Below are positions 37,964 to 45,655 of a stretch of DNA of 45,740 nt, one piece after another; position 1 is the stretch's first letter, and each line of letters opens with the position of its first letter. The notes under the pieces were generated by a model. That model was not told where the DNA came from and searched no databases. It saw nothing but the letters and a program-made list of their open reading frames with translations. The translations under genes were made by a program, and so were the position numbers. Source of the stretch: Candidatus Nanosyncoccus sp. (GTDB taxonomy: Bacteria > Patescibacteriota > Saccharimonadia > Saccharimonadales > Saccharimonadaceae); the NCBI GenBank assembly GCA_045541635.1, contig JAZQJM010000009.1, positions 1-45,740 of the forward strand, in the 5' to 3' direction.

Positions 37964-38200
37964 TGTGCAAAACTTGTGCAAATCTACGCGCAAATCTTTG
38001 TGTATATCCACAGCAAAACTCCGCGAAAAACTCACCCAAATTAACAATTCCACAACATTAAATAATTTATTCACCACGTTTTTCCCACTTTTTCACAGTT
38101 TTATAAACAAATTCTCACCCCTATATCTACCCAATGTTATCCACATTTCCACAGACACTACTATAACTACTACTAATAATTTATTAATAATATAATTAAA
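37964..38200. other. oriC unwinding region: DnaA boxes, DnaA-trios and AT-rich DUE
   Basis: Several box variants (37964, 37975, 38004, 38046, 38089, 38101); perfect TTATCCACA 38137-38145 abutting ATTTCCACA 38145-38153; CTA CTA TAA CTA CTA CTA (38158-38175); 25 nt of pure A/T (38176-38200). Confidence 0.88.
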
Positions 38201-38211
38201 GGAGGATTGGT

Positions 38212-39315
38212 ATGGAAATAGAAGTTTTACAAGAAAAATTAGCCAAAGCCCTTAATAATGTTAGTCGCATTGCTGTAGGCAAAGTTACTCTCCCAGTATT
38301 AAATAATGTACTCATTAGAGTAGACTCTGGTAAGGTATCTTTAATCACTACCAATCTAGACATGGCTATAGTTGATTTTCTCCCTGTGTCTAGCTCTAAG
38401 GATGGTGTAGTTACTGTACCAGCTAAGCTCTTAGCAGAATTTGTCTCGAATCTCCCTAAGGGTGAAATCATTAAGATCACCTCAGAAGACAACAAGATTA
38501 CCATTACATCAGGTAAATATTCATCCACCATTAACGGTACGCTTGCTGATGATTTTCCAGAATTACCAGAGATTAATGAAGATGAAGCAGTGGTATTTAA
38601 GATGGGGATTGATGAATTCAAGAATAGTATGAGTCAAGTCACAGTGGCAAGTTCTAATGACCTTACCCGTCCAGCTCTCACTGGTGTATACTTTAATACT
38701 TATGATAAGATTCTCGCAGCAGCGGCTACTGATGGCTATCGCCTTGCCGAGAAGAAACTCATCAAGAATGTCCAGAGTGAAATCAGTGTCATCGTTCCAG
38801 CTTCTTCTATTCAGGAAGTGTTACATTCTATTAATGACGATATGGAAGAGATCGAACTTTCATTTAATGAAGATTTGGTTCGTTTCCGTTGTGGTGAAAT
38901 CGAAATCATCTCTAAGCTGATAGATTCTAGCTTCCCTGATTATCGCCGTCTCATTCCTAAGGATAATAATATTGATCTAGATGTTAATCGTAATGAACTG
39001 ACGCGCGTTACTAAGCTCGCTGCACTCTTTGCTAGAAGAAGCGCCAGTGGCTCAATCATCTGTGAAGCAAAAGCACCAAATATCTTTTCAGTGAAATCTG
39101 TCGCTAATGAGCTAGGTGAGAATGATTCAATTATAGAAACATCAGTCACCGAGGAAGGTAAAATCAACCTTAATTCACGTTTCCTCCTGGATGCTATAAA
39201 TGTACTAGACGAGGATGAAATACATCTATGCTTCGCTAATCGTATTAGCCCGATTATTCTCAAGAATAAATCTTCAGATGACTACACTCATATTATAATG
39301 CCACTTAATTCATGA
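38212..39315 (+). CDS. dnaN: DNA polymerase III beta sliding clamp
   Basis: LPVLNNV, TNLD, DFPELP, RPALTGV, ATDGYRLA, FPDY, IIMP; 367 aa, directly after dnaA. Confidence 0.97.
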   Translation: MEIEVLQEKLAKALNNVSRIAVGKVTLPVLNNVLIRVDSGKVSLITTNLDMAIVDFLPVSSSKDGVVTVPAKLLAEFVSNLPKGEIIKITSEDNKITITSGKYSSTINGTLADDFPELPEINEDEAVVFKMGIDEFKNSMSQVTVASSNDLTRPALTGVYFNTYDKILAAAATDGYRLAEKKLIKNVQSEISVIVPASSIQEVLHSINDDMEEIELSFNEDLVRFRCGEIEIISKLIDSSFPDYRRLIPKDNNIDLDVNRNELTRVTKLAALFARRSASGSIICEAKAPNIFSVKSVANELGENDSIIETSVTEEGKINLNSRFLLDAINVLDEDEIHLCFANRISPIILKNKSSDDYTHIIMPLNS

Positions 39316-40313
39316 TCATTAAAGATATTACTCTCACTAATTTTCGTAATCACGACTCGTATCATTTAGAATGTAACCCCACCACCACCCTTATTCTGGG
39401 TGAAAACGGCTGGGGTAAGACTTCAATACTAGAAGCAATCTACATTCTAACTAACGGTAAAAGTTTCCGTGCCACTGATCCAGATATCCTGAAGCGAGGC
39501 GAGGATTTTTATCGCATTGTACTTAATTATGATAATGGTGAATCGGTTATCGCTAGTTACGACACCAAAGCTAAGACTTTCATTGCGAAAGATAAGAAAA
39601 CTAGGCGCCTCCCTAAGAAATCCAAGTATCCTACTATTCTTTTTCTGCCATCAGATCTAAATATTATAAGTGGTTCCCCTTCGCGCCATCGTGAATATTT
39701 TGATCGGTACTTTGGACAACTTTATGATGATTATAGTATTAATCTTTCACGCTACGAGAAAGCTCTTCGCCAACGTAATGAATTATTGAAACAAGAAAAT
39801 CTCCCCGAGTCGGCAGTTTTCTCCTGGAATTTGCTCCTATCTAGATATGGTACCATGGTAGCAAATACTAGACGTAATCTAGTTAATAAAATTAATCAAA
39901 ATATCACAGATACTTATCACTCTATTGCGAAGAATCAAGATATAGTTAGAATTAATTATAACACCGAAATCAGTGATATTAATGAAGCCACTTATCTAAG
40001 TATACTAGAAAATAACTTTAAGAAAGATAGTTTTCTTGGACATACTAGCTTCGGTATCCATCGGGATGATTTTGAATTTCTTTTTAACGACCAGAAGGCT
40101 AATGGTTCAGCCTCTAGAGGTGAGACGAGGTCGATTATCCTCGCTCTTAAATTTTTAGAAGCAAATGATATATATGATATTTATCACGAGAAACCAATTA
40201 TCCTATTAGACGATGTATTTTCCGAACTAGACGAGGGGCGACGTAAATGCCTAATTGATAACTTTAAAGACAATCAAGTAATAATTACGAGTGTGGAAGC
40301 TATTAATAATTAA
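39312..40313 (+). CDS. recF: DNA replication/repair protein RecF
   Basis: NFRN, GENGWGKT..LEAI, SFR, G.P..R...D, QRN.LL, GIHRDD, ASRGE, LLDDVFSELD. Confidence 0.95.
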   Translation: MIIKDITLTNFRNHDSYHLECNPTTTLILGENGWGKTSILEAIYILTNGKSFRATDPDILKRGEDFYRIVLNYDNGESVIASYDTKAKTFIAKDKKTRRLPKKSKYPTILFLPSDLNIISGSPSRHREYFDRYFGQLYDDYSINLSRYEKALRQRNELLKQENLPESAVFSWNLLLSRYGTMVANTRRNLVNKINQNITDTYHSIAKNQDIVRINYNTEISDINEATYLSILENNFKKDSFLGHTSFGIHRDDFEFLFNDQKANGSASRGETRSIILALKFLEANDIYDIYHEKPIILLDDVFSELDEGRRKCLIDNFKDNQVIITSVEAINN

Positions 40314-42526
40314 TTGTTAGCAATCTCATTGTAATAATTATTAAGGAATGCTATCACGGGATTATTATTACCTTCGAAGAATTCCAAGCTACTATATGCC
40401 GTTTGCTCCCCATCATACTGCCTAAGCGCATCGGTTGCTCTTGCTAGTGAAATATATCTCTGCGCATATTTGTATTCATTCCAGTCATTATTCGCTGTTG
40501 AATTCACAAAACTTGCTCCAGATGCTATCCTTCTATTCTCTTCTGGCGCCCCCAGTAGTTCCTGTATCATTTCAATAAAATTACTTACGAAAGGAATCGA
40601 ACTGCTACCATTATTGATCGAATTAAGAATACCACTATCAATTACCCCGAGTGGTGATACCCTCTCGTCATTATATAATATAAAATCAGCTAATTTTGAT
40701 TCTTTATTAATCACTCGCGTCCCGGAGCTATCTAGTGTTGTGTTCTTATTGATAAAGTCCCTAAACCCAGCATCGTTAAAGATGTCTCCAAGCGTAGATG
40801 TGTCAAAAGTAGCTATCTCAGAGCAAGTTACTGAACCTACGGCGCCGATGTTTTGTAATGTGGTACACTCTCCGAAAGTACTCAGATATGAATCGCTAGA
40901 ATCGCTCGCATAAGTACTATGAATTGGTGAAATAATCGCTAGCGAACTATTAATAATCCCACTAATCGAAGAGAAAATCTTCCCACTACCAGCATTTACT
41001 GCTAGACTATAGAAAATCGACCCTAAGAATGTATTTCTTGAAGATATATCGAGTGGGCTTCTGTTAAGTTTGTCTGATTCTCTATCTAGCGCGAGAATCG
41101 TGTTTGTTACTTTTGCGTATTTCTGAATAGATTCGGCGTCTCCTGGCGTTGCACCACTAGCTTTAGCGAGTTTTGCACCTACATTTACGGCTCCCTCCAC
41201 CAGGAACTCTCCACCACTAACTCCACCAATCGTACTGAAAGAATTATTCACTAGTGAGCTATTAATAATTGGAGTTACTTTTTCTAGGGTACTAATATCT
41301 GATTTTTCACCATTAAGTGAAGTAAATCTTCCCACGGTACCCTTCACGCCCTTCTCTGATGATGTTACTGTATTGTCAAGAGTCTCACTGTCTGCCTTGT
41401 TGTTAGCTATGTTTTCAACTGTATTAAGTACGCGATCTGAGGAATAATTTATTACTGTCTCACTCTTTATCTCACCATCGGTTAAAATTGCATACAAGCT
41501 AGGAGACTCCATCATGCTGCCAGATACTTTTACCACTTCACCGGTTTTTACATCCACAACCTCAGACTCTTGAGTCCTATAGAGATAGTTCATTGCTTCA
41601 TTTATCTTAGACTCACTTCCTTGCCCGGCTTTCATCTTACTAATGTTCTCCATGAAAGCTAGGAAGAATAATGATGAACGCTGTTCGCGCGAAATCTTAT
41701 CTGCTGTATTGAGGCTATCTGCAGCATTAAGCGTAGCAAGGCTTGTGTTTGCAGCGTAATTTTTCTCATTGACAGAATTCACGAGTAAGCTAGCACTGCT
41801 AGAACTCGCATTATCTCCCAATGTAATATAATTAACCGAAGTTTCGCCATCTTCATTCTCTACTTCTTCTGTGGAAACATTATTAATATTAATATTGCTC
41901 CCCTCCCCCATTACTTTGCTCATTACCATATCAAAATCCGAAGATGCGTTATAATTATTACGATTCGTGCCAATCTTCTGGAAAACTTTCCGTGCCGACT
42001 CATCATAATAATACGCAGCCCTATCATAAGTAGCATTATTAAATGCGTTGTATAGTTTTACATCTGATTTTACTTTACTAGCAAAACTACTAGCACTAAT
42101 TATTTCGTCATTATAAGATATTACTGACTGTTTACCACTCTTATTATTCTCGATAAAATTACCATTTTCCATATAACCAATTAAGACGCCTTCGTTCTTT
42201 AATCGATTAGCCGTATTATCTGGCACATCACCCATTTCTAAAGCCTGCGCGAAGACAATTAGTTTACTCTCTACAGCATCCGCATATTGTACGTCAGTCG
42301 CCTCTATTAATTTATCAGAAATCGCAGCAGGTACTAAATTACCCATACTGAAAAACACCAAAAACCCACCGAGCATTACAGTAATAAAACCAGCAGCACC
42401 GAGTGATTTCAGACTGAGTTTCTTATGTTTTTTATTTTTTGTATACTTACCAGAAACACTAGAAAAAAACTTCTCACCATTAAGTGCAGATGCCTCACTG
42501 GCTCGTAGCACATCTCCTGCAGACAT
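40310..42526 (-). CDS. Large hypothetical membrane/secreted protein (738 aa)
   Basis: Long ORF with basic stretch plus TM near the N-terminus and a Ser/Asn-rich remainder; start moved to ATG 42526 (TATAAT 6 nt upstream). Confidence 0.8.
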   Translation of the reverse strand: MSAGDVLRASEASALNGEKFFSSVSGKYTKNKKHKKLSLKSLGAAGFITVMLGGFLVFFSMGNLVPAAISDKLIEATDVQYADAVESKLIVFAQALEMGDVPDNTANRLKNEGVLIGYMENGNFIENNKSGKQSVISYNDEIISASSFASKVKSDVKLYNAFNNATYDRAAYYYDESARKVFQKIGTNRNNYNASSDFDMVMSKVMGEGSNININNVSTEEVENEDGETSVNYITLGDNASSSSASLLVNSVNEKNYAANTSLATLNAADSLNTADKISREQRSSLFFLAFMENISKMKAGQGSESKINEAMNYLYRTQESEVVDVKTGEVVKVSGSMMESPSLYAILTDGEIKSETVINYSSDRVLNTVENIANNKADSETLDNTVTSSEKGVKGTVGRFTSLNGEKSDISTLEKVTPIINSSLVNNSFSTIGGVSGGEFLVEGAVNVGAKLAKASGATPGDAESIQKYAKVTNTILALDRESDKLNRSPLDISSRNTFLGSIFYSLAVNAGSGKIFSSISGIINSSLAIISPIHSTYASDSSDSYLSTFGECTTLQNIGAVGSVTCSEIATFDTSTLGDIFNDAGFRDFINKNTTLDSSGTRVINKESKLADFILYNDERVSPLGVIDSGILNSINNGSSSIPFVSNFIEMIQELLGAPEENRRIASGASFVNSTANNDWNEYKYAQRYISLARATDALRQYDGEQTAYSSLEFFEGNNNPVIAFLNNYYNEIANN

Positions 42527-42582
42527 ATTTAAATTATATAACACTTTAGGGGAGAAGTAAACGATGTGTTATAATGTTACCT

Positions 42583-43728
42583 ATGATAAAGATAGACAAA
42601 CTTATCCCTGGTGGCTACGCTCTGGGTACCGATGAATCTGGTAAGAAGATTTTTTTCTGGAATGCTCTACCTGGGGAAAATGTCATAGAATATGAAACAA
42701 CTAAGAAGAAATCCCACTACGAAGAAGCTATTGCGACCGTAATAGATAATAACTCCAAATATCGTACTATACCACATGACCAATGTTTCTTATCTACTTC
42801 CCCTTGGCAGATTATGGATTACTCATACGAGCTTTCAGAGAAGCAATCACTAGTCCAAGAGCTCTTTCGCGAGCAGCATATCACGGTAGATAGACCAGAA
42901 ATCTTCACCGATAACCAAGATTATTTCTATCGCAACAAAATGGAATACTCTCTCTTCTGGGATAAGGATAAGGCAGAGTGCTCGCTTGCGTTTCATCAGC
43001 GTGGCACACATCGTAAAATCCCCATCACAAGCTCCAGTATTGAGCGTCCAGAGATATTTAGAGTAGCCACAGAGATTTTGCAGGGCATTAATTCACGCCA
43101 CGAAGAGGCGCGTAAGTATCAATCTCTCCTCTTGAGGTGTAGTCAGGATGGCAAGGTATCAGGTGGACTCTATGAGAATCACCAGCCACACCCAGTCTTT
43201 GATGAACTGACCGACGAGATTATGGGGAGAAGTTATTCGTATTCACCGAACGGATTTTTTCAAATCAATCTCCCAGTCTATGAAATGGCACTCCATGAAA
43301 TTAAAAAGCACATTACCACTAGGCGAGTGCTTGATTTGTATTCTGGTGTGGGCACTATTGGTTTATCGGTCGCATGCGACTCTGAGCTTACGTTGGTAGA
43401 AATAGATAAATTCGCTTACAAAGAACTATGCAAAAATTGTAACGGCGAATTTAATCCTATCCTGGCAAAATCCGAAGAAGTCCTAGATATAATTAATAAT
43501 CAAGCCACAGTCATTCTTGATCCACCACGCGCTGGCTGTGACACAAAACTAATCAATCGTCTCCTCGAGGTTACACCACCGAAAATCATCTATCTATCAT
43601 GTAATCCTGCCACCCAAGCTCGAGATGTCGCTATGTTGGCGAATAAATATCATATAGAGGCGATGAAGACTTTTAATTTCTTCCCTCACACTCCACACAT
43701 TGAGAATCTTGTAATTCTTTCATTATAA
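42583..43728 (+). CDS. RlmD/TrmA-family RNA (uracil-5)-methyltransferase
   Basis: YRNK, FFQIN, LDLYSGVGTIGL, LDPPRAG, YLSCNPATQARD, FPHTPHIE; start moved to ATG 42583 (TGTTATAAT 7 nt upstream). Confidence 0.9.
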   Translation: MIKIDKLIPGGYALGTDESGKKIFFWNALPGENVIEYETTKKKSHYEEAIATVIDNNSKYRTIPHDQCFLSTSPWQIMDYSYELSEKQSLVQELFREQHITVDRPEIFTDNQDYFYRNKMEYSLFWDKDKAECSLAFHQRGTHRKIPITSSSIERPEIFRVATEILQGINSRHEEARKYQSLLLRCSQDGKVSGGLYENHQPHPVFDELTDEIMGRSYSYSPNGFFQINLPVYEMALHEIKKHITTRRVLDLYSGVGTIGLSVACDSELTLVEIDKFAYKELCKNCNGEFNPILAKSEEVLDIINNQATVILDPPRAGCDTKLINRLLEVTPPKIIYLSCNPATQARDVAMLANKYHIEAMKTFNFFPHTPHIENLVILSL

Positions 43729-43773
43729 ACCATCTTTATTTATAGATGAAAACATGATAAGATTAATTAAGAC

Positions 43774-43863
43774 GGAAGTGTGGCCGAGTGGTTTAAGGCG
43801 CACGCTTGGAAAGCGTGTGTACGGGCAACCGTACCGGAGGTTCGAATCCTCTCGCTTCCGCCA
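43774..43863 (+). tRNA. tRNA-Ser(GGA)
   Basis: GGAAGTG/CGCTTCC acceptor stem, TGGCCGAGTGGTTTAAGGC D arm, CACGC-TTGGAAA-GCGTG anticodon arm, long variable arm, GGTTCGAATCC, encoded CCA. Confidence 0.97.
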
Positions 43864-44277
43864 AATAAGCTAAAGCGATGGTAGAAAAGCGAAGCTTTTC
43901 TAAGTCTATAGCGAAAGGTGAAAATCTAGAGCTTGCTCTAGTATTTTTTACCTTTCGCTATAGACTGTAGAGACTTTGTCTCTACCACCACTTTAGTTTA
44001 TTTGGCGGCTCTAAGCACCGAGGATTCTTATTTCCTCTCGCACCCACATCACCACAAAATATCGGGAGCTTGCTCACGATATTCCGAGCGAGGAGGAACG
44101 GAAGACTTTTGCTTTAGCAAAAGTCTAATCCTCTCACTCTATAATAAAAAATCTAGAGCTTGCTCTAGTATTTTTTATCTTTCGCCATAGACTACAGAGA
44201 CTCCGTCTCTACTGTCACTTTATCTTATTTGGTGGCTCTAAGCACCGAGGATTCTTATTTCCTCTCGCTTCCGCCAA
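43847..44277. mobile_element. Non-coding palindromic cassette array integrated at tRNA-Ser 3' end (att-like direct repeats)
   Basis: 18-bp direct repeat TCCTCTCGCTTCCGCCAA at 43847-43864 and 44260-44277; partial copies at 44033-44041 and 44127-44135; multiple hairpins; no recombinase gene inside. Confidence 0.65.
43921..44268. repeat. 121-bp direct repeat, 227-bp spacing
   Basis: 43921-44041 vs 44148-44268: 109/121 identical without gaps by manual alignment. Confidence 0.92.
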
Positions 44278-44413
44278 GCTTCAAGTATTTTGTTGGGGTC
44301 TTTGATGTTGTTAAGTATATTTGTTATAATATATTTGAAATTGTGTGGGTTGGTTGCAATTTAGCACTTGTTGTTCCTGGGGTGGTTTTAGATTTCAGAA
44401 AGGTGGTGATAAT

Positions 44414-44581
44414 ATGTTAATATCGCAAGAAACTTCTTCGGAAGAGCTGAAGGAGAAGACACTTGAGTCTATAAACTATGTACTGGTGGTTAGGATGGAA
44501 TATCTTGAAAATACGAATGGTTTCAAAGATGATGATGGGCAGTTTCAGTATTGGATAGACAAAGTTTGCGATAACCATTAG
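44414..44581 (+). CDS. Small hypothetical protein, possibly frameshifted
   Basis: AGAAAGGTGGTG SD before ATG 44414 and TGTTATAAT upstream; an alternative frame continues to TGA 44639 next to a terminator. Confidence 0.5.
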   Translation: MLISQETSSEELKEKTLESINYVLVVRMEYLENTNGFKDDDGQFQYWIDKVCDNH

Positions 44582-44637
44582 TAACATTGCAGGAACAATG
44601 GATGGGGTTGTAGAGATATCTCTAGCGCATTGGTTTT

Positions 44638-44668
44638 GAGCCTGGCAGAAATGTCGGACTCGTTTTTA
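44638..44668 (+). terminator. Intrinsic terminator
   Basis: GAGCCTGGCA-gaaa-TGTCGGACTC followed by GTTTTT (imperfect stem). Confidence 0.55.
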
Positions 44669-44768
44669 CTTACATATCCCGTATAAATATGTGCTTGGCT
44701 CGGTATTAGATAAGGATTGTTTGAGCTTCATCCAGATACTTCCGTCAGGAGGTCGGTATTTTGGCGTT

Positions 44769-44796
44769 AAAAACCGCCCGGATTACATGCGGGCGG
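44769..44796 (-). terminator. Intrinsic terminator of the 44819 gene
   Basis: On the minus strand: CCGCCCG-9 nt-CGGGCGG-TTTTT. Confidence 0.7.
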
Positions 44797-44818
44797 AATT
44801 TGATAAAAATACTGAGGC

Positions 44819-45313
44819 TTATAGATATTCGGGGTTAATAATGAGACTCTCTATTTGGTTATATTGAATAGAGGGTACTGCCGGTTTTATTATTTCCCCA
44901 CTCACAGTGATCCCCATAAATTGTAAAGTATTTTTATAGATTTTAGTTAAATCTACGTCGCTTTTGGAGAAATGGTCACTGTAGCCCCCTTGCCTGATAT
45001 ACTCGTCTTCGGCTAATGGCGATATTACGTATTTCCAGCCGGTATTTCTTTTTGGGTTGTATGATAGATTAATTACTTTAGAAAAAAGAATAATATGGAT
45101 ACCAAATTCGCAGTCATATCTCAATGCTAATGCTACGTCGTCATGTGGATATGAATTTGAATCGTATTCTAGATAATCCATCACGATTTCTCTAATGCTT
45201 GCATTGTAATCATCAAATTCAGGATTTGGCGCCTGTGGAATGGCCTTTGAGCCACTGAGATCTATTCCACAAAAATCAAATCCTTGGTTTTTAGTATTGA
45301 TCGCTGGATACAC
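44819..45313 (-). CDS. Hypothetical protein
   Basis: ~164-aa ORF; AGGAGG SD best fits GTG 45313; downstream terminator. Confidence 0.7.
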   Translation of the reverse strand: MYPAINTKNQGFDFCGIDLSGSKAIPQAPNPEFDDYNASIREIVMDYLEYDSNSYPHDDVALALRYDCEFGIHIILFSKVINLSYNPKRNTGWKYVISPLAEDEYIRQGGYSDHFSKSDVDLTKIYKNTLQFMGITVSGEIIKPAVPSIQYNQIESLIINPEYL

Positions 45314-45387
45314 ATTAATCACCTCCTAATAAAAACTTAATGTACGAATAATTCTTTTTGTATTTTATCATAAATTACAGATTTGTC

Positions 45388-45655
45388 TACAATAAAAGAG
45401 GATTTACCGGTTGGAACGAAATATATGAGAGGAAACTTCTTGATATTTTAGATGATTTGAATAGCAGGCATATCAAATTTGCTCTATCAAACGGAACTTA
45501 CCATAAAGGAGTAAAAAAATGATTTACTTTTAGAATGGATAGATAAAGGCGAGTATAATTTACACAGTATAGACAAAAATTACGCAAATTCAAGTTATCA
45601 TGCAAAACACAGAGATAAAAATGAAACTAGAGAAGTTTTAATAACAAACTATTAA
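45388..45655 (+). pseudogene. C-terminal remnant of a Dam/D12-class N6-adenine DNA methyltransferase, 5'-truncated and frameshifted
   Basis: Reads YNKRGFTGWNEIYERKLLDILDDLNSRHIKFALSNGTYHKGVK, has an extra A in the A7 run at 45513-45519, then reads NDLLLEWIDKGEYNLHSIDKNYANSSYHAKHRDKNETREVLITNY*. KFALSN and EVLITNY are typical C-terminal motifs of this family. Confidence 0.8.

Noticed and set aside
37887-38195. 102-aa ORF between dnaA and dnaN
   Set aside because: It runs across DnaA boxes, trios and the DUE; its Thr/Asn-rich end is just the origin sequence.
468-39315. Alternative genetic code (UGA recoded, as in some CPR lineages)
   Set aside because: Conserved genes such as dnaA and dnaN end at TGA at the expected length, and long ORFs are intact under code 11.
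1680-40913. Numerous 60-165 aa ORFs nested in or antisense to the called genes
   Set aside because: No recognisable motifs or start signals; they overlap well-supported genes and are explained by codon bias and strand skew.
43864-44277. CRISPR array or integron attC array
   Set aside because: No short identical repeats with unique equal-length spacers, no cas or intI gene, no ORF cassettes and no clear RYYYAAC/GTTRRRY ends.
44002-44420. Two ORFs starting MAALSTEDSYFLS / MVALSTEDSYFLS
   Set aside because: Their similarity comes from the non-coding 121-bp repeat; TTG starts without SD, crossing hairpins.
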